Positions 54,846 to 64,000 of a stretch of 64,000 bases of DNA are shown here, piece after piece (the stretch's first letter is position 1; the number at the start of each line of letters is the position of its first letter). Position numbers and translations under genes: made by a program. This DNA comes from Eledone cirrhosa (lineage: Eukaryota): contig OZ024748.1 in assembly GCA_964016885.1 (NCBI GenBank), forward strand, positions 52,824,001 to 52,888,000, read 5' to 3'. A model generated the notes under the pieces. That model saw only the letters and a list, made by a program, of their open reading frames with translations. It had not been told where the DNA came from and did not search any database.

Positions 54846-55132
54846 CATAACTTAACAAAGGTTCTCACATAAAATTATGATGAAAGGTTTTTAGATAAAT
54901 ATAAATAGTTGTGTGCCAGTAAGACATGGTCTCCTGATCTGTCTGAAATTGTTCTATATAATGTCTTACATAATTTCTTCTTCTTCTTCCTCTTCTTCGT
55001 CTTAGTCATTGACTTCTTTCATCAACATCTGTCTGTTATCCTTGATAACAATGATTAGAGGGATGGTCACAGACCTAGGAGACTGCTGTAAGTGGTCCTG
55101 TATATAAACCCCTTCATTATATATTTCATTGG

Positions 55133-55312
55133 GGAGTATCGGTAGAGGGTCAGACACCATGCCTTGCAGCATAGAGTTACGGCCCTTTATGGTCTGAGTT
55201 CAAATACCGCCGAGGTTAACTTTGCCTTTCATCCTTACGGGGGTCGATAAAATAAAGTACCAGTAATACACTAGGATAATTGCTGGCCTTGTGCCAAAAG
55301 TAGAAACAATTA
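55133..55312 (+). mobile_element. Family-A SINE with TSD
   Basis: TSD attatatatttca. Confidence 0.9.
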
Positions 55313-55621
55313 TATATTTCAATGTGGTTGTTTGGGTGATATACATGCCCTCTGCTGAAAGCCCAATTAGGTTTGAAAACCACTTCACTGTGTCAATTAT
55401 TTCTTTAATTTACAGTGAATTACACGCATGTGGCATGTTTACATTTATACAGATGTAACTGTAATATTTTTGTCTCTGTATATTTATGCATACATTCACA
55501 TATATGTATGTATGTGTGTGTATACATATATATATATATACACACACACACACACCATGCTAGCCTGTCTAACCCATGCTAGCGTAGAAAAGGAATGTTA
55601 AATGATGATGATGATGACAAC

Positions 55622-55662
<41 letters not shown>

Positions 55663-55873
55663 CTGTGTGTGTTTGTATGTACATATATGTATATAGTTTT
55701 ATGTATATATCAGCATTTATGGACATATAAATTTTGATATATATATGTATATATATATATATGTTTATATGTATATATATATATATATATGTGTGTTTAT
55801 ATATATATGTATATCTATATATGTATATATATATGTGTTTATATGTATATATATATATATATATATGTATATA

Positions 55874-56015
55874 TCATCATCATCACCGTTTTACGTCCAT
55901 TCTTCCACGCTAGCATGGGTTAGACGGGTTGTCCTGTTGTGGGCAGTGTCTGGTCGGCTGACCATGCCGTGCTCATACAGGAACTGATTTGGCTTGATTT
56001 CTACAGCTGGATGTC
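55874..56015 (-). mobile_element. Family-B-related SINE 3' part
   Basis: Reverse complement of 53505-53645. Confidence 0.85.
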
Positions 56016-56129
56016 CTCCCTATATATATATGTATATATATATGTATATATATGTATGTATATATATGTATATATATATATATGTATATGTATATATGTA
56101 TATATATATATATATGTATATATATGTAT

Positions 56130-56333
56130 ATCTCACATATTTTTATTTGTTTGACCCGAATTACTTGGTCGTTTTAATGGCTGTCCGTATGATTGTTTAA
56201 CCATCGTCTCAGTGTGTTTGGCCTTTAATGTATGTTGTAGCTCTGGTTCATCTGAATCATTGAGCGCTTGCCACACATCTCGGAAGTTGTTTTTCGTTAA
56301 TTCCTAAGCCAAAATATAATTCTCGCTAATTTA
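56130..56333. mobile_element. Second copy of the unclassified TTCTCGCTAA-terminated repeat
   Basis: Similar to 43460-43675 and flanked by (TA)n. Confidence 0.6.
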
Positions 56334-56543
56334 TATTTGTATATATATGTATATATATATATATACACACAAATTATATGTATGTAAAATAGATTCTCTG
56401 ACCAATGAAGCTGAAGTATTTTCATCACTTCTGTGTGCATATATATATATAAAGTAATTCCGTCGGAAAAGTCCAGGAAAAAAGAGTGCTCTATGTAGGT
56501 AACAGAGCTTAATAGTTATGTAATAAACAACATAAGGCAATTA

Positions 56544-56602
56544 TTCCATTTACCAGTGGTTTCTTAAAAGCAAAAATTTTGCTTTCAATCCTCAGAATGA
56601 AA
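56544..56602 (-). ncRNA. Type-I hammerhead motif enclosed by a 33-bp inverted repeat
   Basis: TTTCATT-CTGAGGA-TTGAAAGCAAAA.TTTTGCTTTTAA-GAAA-CCACTGG-TA-AATGGAA. Element is homologous to 8250-8406. IR arms 56512-56544 and 56621-56653. Confidence 0.78.
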
Positions 56603-56650
56603 AAATCCTCGTCTAAGACCATAATTGCCTTATGTTGTTTATTACATAAC

Positions 56651-56682
<32 letters not shown>

Positions 56683-56869
56683 AGTGTGTGTATCTGTCTG
56701 TGTATGTTTGGTTATGTATGTGTGTGTTAATGTAGTATAGAGACAGGCTGTGCTGGGCTGGGTGGAGTCACGCAATACTTTCTACCATAAAGGAAAAGAA
56801 ACCTGTGAGATCGAGAGATGAGCCAAAGAACAATTATTTCCTATGTGTGAATGGCTGACTGTTTCTCTG

Positions 56870-56942
56870 TGTACTCTTTTACTCTTTTACTCTTTTACCT
56901 GTTTCAGCCATCCGGCTGAGGCCATGCTGGGGCACCGCCCTT
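56870..56942 (-). mobile_element. SINE/LINE tail with (AAAAGAGT)n
   Basis: gtttcagcca..ggccatgctggggcaccgcc; a related plus-strand copy lies at 52653-52705. Confidence 0.55.
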
Positions 56943-56947
56943 GTACG

Positions 56948-56992
<45 letters not shown>

Positions 56993-57333
56993 TACATAAA
57001 AATGTGCGTGTGTATATATATATATGTGTGTGTGTATATATATATGTACATAAAAATATGTGTGTGTATGTATATATATATATGTGTGTGTATATATATG
57101 TACATAAAAATGTGCGTGTGTGTATATATATATATATGTACATAAAAATGTGTGTGTGTGTATATATATATATATAAGTACATAAAAATGTATGTGTGTA
57201 TATATAAATATGTACATAAAAATCTGTGTGTATATATATCTATATATATGTACACAAAAAAAGTATTTGTATATATATATATATACGTATGTATATAAAT
57301 GTGTGTGTATATATCTGTAAATATATGTGCATA

Positions 57334-57409
<76 letters not shown>

Positions 57410-57849
57410 CATACATATATATAGATATACACACACACACTCACGCATACATTTAGCAGTCAATCTGTCCGTCTCTCTGCCTATTTGTCCATGTGTCAAT
57501 ATATATATGTCTGCATGTGTGTTGATGCTGCTTGTGGTTGCTTTAATGATTTTTTTTTTTTTCAAAATTTCATTTTGGAATTCCCAGGTAAAAGGTTCCT
57601 TCAGCTTGGCTAAGCCTGTTAACAGTGAGCCATTGGCACTGAATCACCATGATAGGGGGAGCTCTTTGATAACATAGGCTGAACATGTCCATTCAAACAC
57701 ACACACTTTATATATGTTTGTATATATATATTTGTGTGTATGTATGTTTGTGTTTGTGTGTGTATATATGTATGTGTGTTTGTGTGTATGTATATAGATG
57801 TATATGTGTGGATATGTGTGTATGTCTATATATGTATATATGTGTGTGA

Positions 57850-57904
<55 letters not shown>

Positions 57905-58101
57905 CAAACACACACACATGTGCTTGTGTTTTTGTGTACATACACAGGGTATTACATATATATATATATATATGTGTGTGTGTATGTGTGTGTGTGTATA
58001 TATATATATATGTGTCTGTGTATATCTAACCCATGCTAGCGTGGAAGAACGGACGTAAAACGGTGATGATGATGATGATGATATATGTGTATGTGTGTGT
58101 G

Positions 58102-58139
<38 letters not shown>

Positions 58140-58257
58140 TATCTGTGTGTGTGTATATATATATGTGTTTATATATATATGTGTGTCTGTATATATATAT
58201 ATGTATATATATATATGTGTCTGTATGTATATATATATATATATATATATTTATGTG

Positions 58258-58304
<47 letters not shown>

Positions 58305-58324
58305 CTGTGTGTGTATATATGTGT

Positions 58325-58361
<37 letters not shown>

Positions 58362-58714
58362 CATTCTTACAAGTAGCGCTATGATGTTCCGATTTCTTGT
58401 GCCCAGCGGAGCACTGAAAAATTGTTAAAAGAAGCCTCTATGTATGAGAGCAACAACCACCTCACATATCAGTTTATTTCTATCAACAATCCCAACCGAA
58501 AAATGTCCAAAAGAGAAAATACCTATTTAAAAGTTTGGTTGAATGGAGAAATATATTTATATATTGCAAATGTCATAGAAATGAAGAAATACCTATCTTT
58601 ATATCAATATCTATAGCAGTAATATACACACATATATATATATATATATATATACATGTATATATATATATATGTGTGTGTGTGTATGTGTGTATTTGTA
58701 TGTACATATGTATG

Positions 58715-58764
<50 letters not shown>

Positions 58765-58921
58765 TGTGTGTTTGTATATGTACATATGTATGTATATATA
58801 TATATATATATATGCATGTGTGTTTGTATATATATATATGTATGTGTGTGTTTGTATATATATGTATGTGTGTGTTTGTATATATATATAAGTATGTGTG
58901 TGTTTGTATATATATATATAT

Positions 58922-59250
58922 GGAGGCATATGACTTAGTGGTTAGAGCATTGACCTTGCAAGTTCAATTCTCAGACCAGGTGATGTGTTGTTTCCTTGAG
59001 CAAGACACTTTATTTCACATTGCTCCAGTTTACTCAACTGTAGAATTGAGATGATAGGGACTGGGGTCCCTATCATTCCACTGCAAAGTGGTCGTGGAGG
59101 TGCCACGGCAAAAAAAACACCCAGCACTCACTGTAAATGAGGTTGGTGTTAGGAAGGGCATCCAGCTGTAGAAATCAAGCCAGAATCAGTTCCCATCCCA
59201 CCCTTGCAAGCAGGGAAAAGCAGATGTAAAGTGATGATGATGATGATGAT
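58922..59250 (+). mobile_element. Family-B SINE with a small head deletion
   Basis: Near-identical to 1011-1352. Confidence 0.9.
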
Positions 59251-59393
59251 GTGTGTGTGTTTGTATATATATATATATATATATATGTATGCGTATCTTT
59301 GTTTATATATATATATGTGTGTGTGTGTTTATATATATATATAACAGTTTATCGAGAAATGGTGGCATATTAGTGTTATGTAGTATCAGATAA

Positions 59394-60025
59394 ATGTTTC
59401 TACTATTGGCACAAGGCCAGCAATTATCCCAGTACATTACTGGTTCCTTATTTTATCGACCCCGTAAGGATGAAAAGCTAAGTTAACCACGGCGGGATTT
59501 GAACTCAGAATGTCAAGGTCCGTAAGGAATGCCGTTACTTAAGATGAACAGAAAGTTGCATCTTTACTTCAACAACCACCTTGTTGGCATGCAATTTTAT
59601 GCAACATATGTATATGTGTGCATGTATATGTACCTGCACAACAATTTGATGGGAAGAGAAAAGTCAAATAAATCAACCCAGTGCATTACTGGTACTTCAT
59701 ATTATCAACCCAGTAAGCATGAAAGACAAAGCTAATTTTGGCAAGTTTTGACCTCAAAACATAAAGGGACTTAACTATATACCACAAAGCATGATGTCTG
59801 ACACTTTACCGATACTGTCAAACTACTAATGGTTTCTAATTTAGACACAAGCCAACAAATTTGGGGGGGAAGGGGAAATCAATTAAATCGATCCCAGTGC
59901 ATTACTGGTACTTTATTTTATTGACCCCATAAGGATGAAAGGCAAAGCTAACGTTGGTGGGATTTGAACTCAGAATGCAAAGGGCCATAACTAAATACTG
60001 CAAAGCATTTTGTCTGAAGCTCTAA
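59394..60025 (-). mobile_element. Three family-A SINE copies
   Basis: Copies near 59394-59525, 59645-59822 and 59828-60025. Confidence 0.8.
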
Positions 60026-61132
60026 CTTGAATATATAACCACACTGTCAATAATTAAACTTCTTAGGTTTACAGCTATTGTGTTTCTGTTTTTATTTTGC
60101 ACAATCAAAATACAAATTCCATATAGAAAAAACATCCCTATTTATTATATAAATATCAGCCCCAATATGAAAATATTATTTACTATATCACAATTTCATT
60201 TATAATATCACAATACCATCTTCAATATCAGATAACCAACTCTATATTATGAAGCAGCTTTGATATCCAAATGCCATTATCAATATCATAATATTTTCAA
60301 TGAGATATTCGTTATCGTTAAAAGCATTTACATTGTAATATCTCCAGCTTCAATATCAAATTACATTGCTGTGTGTATCTCATTTAGAATAGGTACACTG
60401 TATCCCTGCATGTCATAAGAGACAACTGAAAGATTGATACCTGGATGTAAAATATTGCCCACGAAGAGAATGAATCCTGTCATGAGGCTTCACTAGATTA
60501 ACTATTGCTTTAACAGGAAAACCTGGTCATGTGACACTTGTCTTTTATATCAAATTATATCCATACCATATGACTCTTTGATATCAAAATATTATTTTCA
60601 TACCATTTTCAATATCATCATCATCATTAGCAACAGCATTTACATTTATTTCCATGCTGGCATAGGTTGGACACATTCATATCAAATTATCATCTGCATA
60701 TCACATACCATCTGTATATAACCTCTTTAATATCAAAATATTATTTTCATACCATTTTCATCATCAACAGCAACATTTTACATTTGCTTTCCATGCTGGC
60801 ATGGGCTGGACACATCATTAATATCAAATTATGATCTGTATATGATATACCATCTTTAATATCAAAATACTATTCTCAATATCTTACTATCATTTTCAAT
60901 ATCGTAGCAGTGTCATTAATATCAAATTACTAAAAATTGAGATTACGGCTATCACTTGCAATTGGATACAACTTGATAGTACATAGCATGCTGTTACTAA
61001 GAAATACAGGTACCCAAGCTGACAGGAGCTCTTACTCCTTCTTCCTTGGTCCTGTGGAATAACCAGGATTTAATAACTGGAAGGAATGAGGGGCTACACA
61101 AGTATTGGGTGGTACTTTCTTTATCAAACCTG

Positions 61133-61610
61133 AAAGGTAGAGCTGCTACTTCTCAGAATTGAAAGACCAAAGATTCAATATTACAGATATGTGGTTTGAA
61201 TATTTCAGTCTCAGGAAAGAATTGCTGGATAGATTTTAAGGGCAAAACCAACTGGCAAGAGACCCTAGGCTACACACCAAGCAAGATGGTTGGATAAGAT
61301 ACATAAGCTTGGCTGGGATCGATTGTTCTCACAGAAACCACTGCAAGGAAGCCATACTTGAGAACTCTGCCTTCCAGGAATAAGATGGCGAAGAAGATTA
61401 TATATATAAATAATATATACATATACATATATATGTTTATCACCTCGAGCTCAATGATTTGATAACATGCATGAGCTCAGCTGGTCTCACTTAGGGATCC
61501 AGCTGAATCAATTAAAGACTGTTGTTTCTGATTGGACCTGCTGGAAGGAAGGCATGCTTGAGGACTGTGCCTCCAAGACCCTCCCAGAAATAAGTAAGCA
61601 AAGAAGACAA
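61133..61610 (+). mobile_element. RTE/Expander-like 3' fragments, an unamplified relative of 9890-11345
   Basis: ggtagagctgctacttctc.., a single gctggatagattttaagggcaaaaccaactgg unit, and a duplicated 3' end. Confidence 0.75.
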
Positions 61611-62339
61611 TCCTGTAAAGGTGCAATCTAGAGTGGAACTTGGCAGGATTTGATCTCAGAGCACAGAGACCCAGAATATTTTCCCCATTCTGCTAAATTG
61701 ACCACTTAATATCAAATTACCATCGACACAGTATATGCTAACATTGATTTTAAAATAACATCGACATAATCAAAAAACTATTCAGTGTACTATAATACTA
61801 TTTTCAATATCATAATGCCATTTTCAATATCAAATATCCCATAACATCTTCTATATCAAAATATCAATATCAAAAGAACATTCAATGATAAACAGTGATA
61901 TCATTGATATCGACTGAACTGAGATTATAATTGATGTATCACTAAATTGTTGTTTCATAACTGACCTATTAGTGTGGCTGAATCTCGTATTACATGATAT
62001 TACAGTGATAACAAACAACAGCCAACATACATGACAGCAACAACACCAAGAAAAACAAGTGAAAATAGCATTGTCATGTTAGTCATCATCATCATCATCA
62101 TCATCATTATTATTATTATCATGATCATCACCTCCTTTACAATCATAATCACAATCTCATTAACACCACCTCCACCAGCGCTACCAACACCAACAGGATA
62201 ATGGTTGTCATTATCATCAGCATCATTATCATCAGCAATACAAAATTATCAACCATAGGAACGGACATTAAAGAATGGGGGACATCATTTCTGCCAGAAA
62301 ATTGGCCATTAACATTCTGAAGAAAGCAAACACACACAT

Positions 62340-62355
62340 ACATGTGTATGTATAT

Positions 62356-62425
<70 letters not shown>

Positions 62426-62873
62426 TTATATGTATGTATGTAAATATATATACATATATATATATATATGTGTGTGTGTGTTTATATGTATGTATGTAAA
62501 TATATATACATATATATATACATTTGTGTGTGTTTATATGTATGTATGTAAATATATATACATATATATATACATGGGTGTGTGTGTTTATATGTATGTA
62601 TATATATATATATATATACATGTGTGTGTGTATATCTATATATGTGTGTATATATATATATATACGTGTATGTGTATATACATATATATATATATATATA
62701 TAAATATATACCTACATATATATACACACACGTGTATATATATACATGTGTGTGTGTGTGTTTATATGTATGTATATATATATACATATATATATATATT
62801 ATTATTACTATACATATATATATATATATACATGCGCGTGTATATATATATGTGTATATATATATATATATAC

Positions 62874-62929
<56 letters not shown>

Positions 62930-63030
62930 ACATATATATACACACACGTGTATATATATATATATATATATGTGTATGTATGTATATATATATATATGTG
63001 TGTATATATACATACACAGACAAATATACA
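62340..63030. repeat. Compound (CT)n/(TA)n/(TG)n microsatellite
   Basis: Directly visible. Confidence 0.9.
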
Positions 63031-63589
63031 CACTCACAATAACATTACTATAAAGAGTAAAAAAAAAAAACAACAATAACAACAACAACAACACAACACA
63101 ACAACAAACTATTCCATCATATAAAGAACTAAATAAATAAAAATAGACATTTTACAGGAGAATCAAATGAAAGTTTTTCATGTTCATTAACTACATAAAC
63201 AGAAGACAACTTTTGGTACCACTAAAGTTACCGTTCCATCAGTAAAAGAGCAACGGTGGCATTATAGGGACAATGTGTGTATTTACAACATAATTGCCTC
63301 TTAATGGAAAAACTGGCTGCAGATAAGTTCCGAGTCGAAAATCTATAACGAGGTTACCACTAAAAGCTGCGACTAAATTAACAAAATTAAATGGTTGCAT
63401 GAACACTGGAAGAATTTTGGTAGTTCCAGCAAATTGGCTGGAAAAATATTTTACCAAGAAGTTTGTTTGTTTGGTTGGTTGGTTTAGATGTTTGTTTTGT
63501 TTTCATTTATTTTAATTTATTTTGTTGTTTGTTTTAGGTTTGTATGTTTGTTTTATTTTCTTCTATACTTGGAGACGAAAAAAGTAGAA

Positions 63590-63625
<36 letters not shown>

Positions 63626-64000
63626 CAAGATTTTATTCTGTGTATATATAAATATATATATATATATATTTATTTACATCCCTACATACATATGTACATC
63701 CAGACATATGCATACACACATATATATATATATACATACATATACACACATATATATATATACATACATATACATATATATACATATATACATACATATA
63801 TATATATATACTTATATATACATACATATACATATATACATATACATATATATACATATATACATACATACTCATGCATACACACATATATATATATATA
63901 TATGTATGTGTATATCTCTGTGAGAGTGTGTATACATGTCTGTCTATATGTGTATATATATATATATATATATGTATGTATATATGTGTGTGTGTGTGTA

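Overview
This is AT-rich, microsatellite-saturated eukaryotic DNA, most likely intronic or intergenic sequence from an octopod cephalopod (inferred from the SINE families and the (TA)n/(CA)n load). No intact protein-coding gene is visible. Nearly all ORFs in the track are microsatellite artefacts, and the only recognisable proteins are decayed RTE- and CR1-type LINE reverse-transcriptase fragments. The window holds more than 30 tRNA-derived SINE copies (several with target-site duplications), a Helitron-like element, Tc1/mariner-type MITEs and many minisatellites, several of them amplified from LINE/SINE sequence. A possible promoter and first exon lie near 15.2 kb. The most striking signal is a set of short non-coding elements embedded in or next to (TA)n tracts that carry type-I hammerhead ribozyme motifs: CUGANGA, stem II, GAAA, a palindromic stem III, UH, closed by stem I. 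I count 8 with an intact core and about 3 degenerate, from several sequence families. They often sit inside fold-back inversions and look like non-autonomous Penelope-like or retrozyme remnants. Coordinates were read by eye and element boundaries are approximate.
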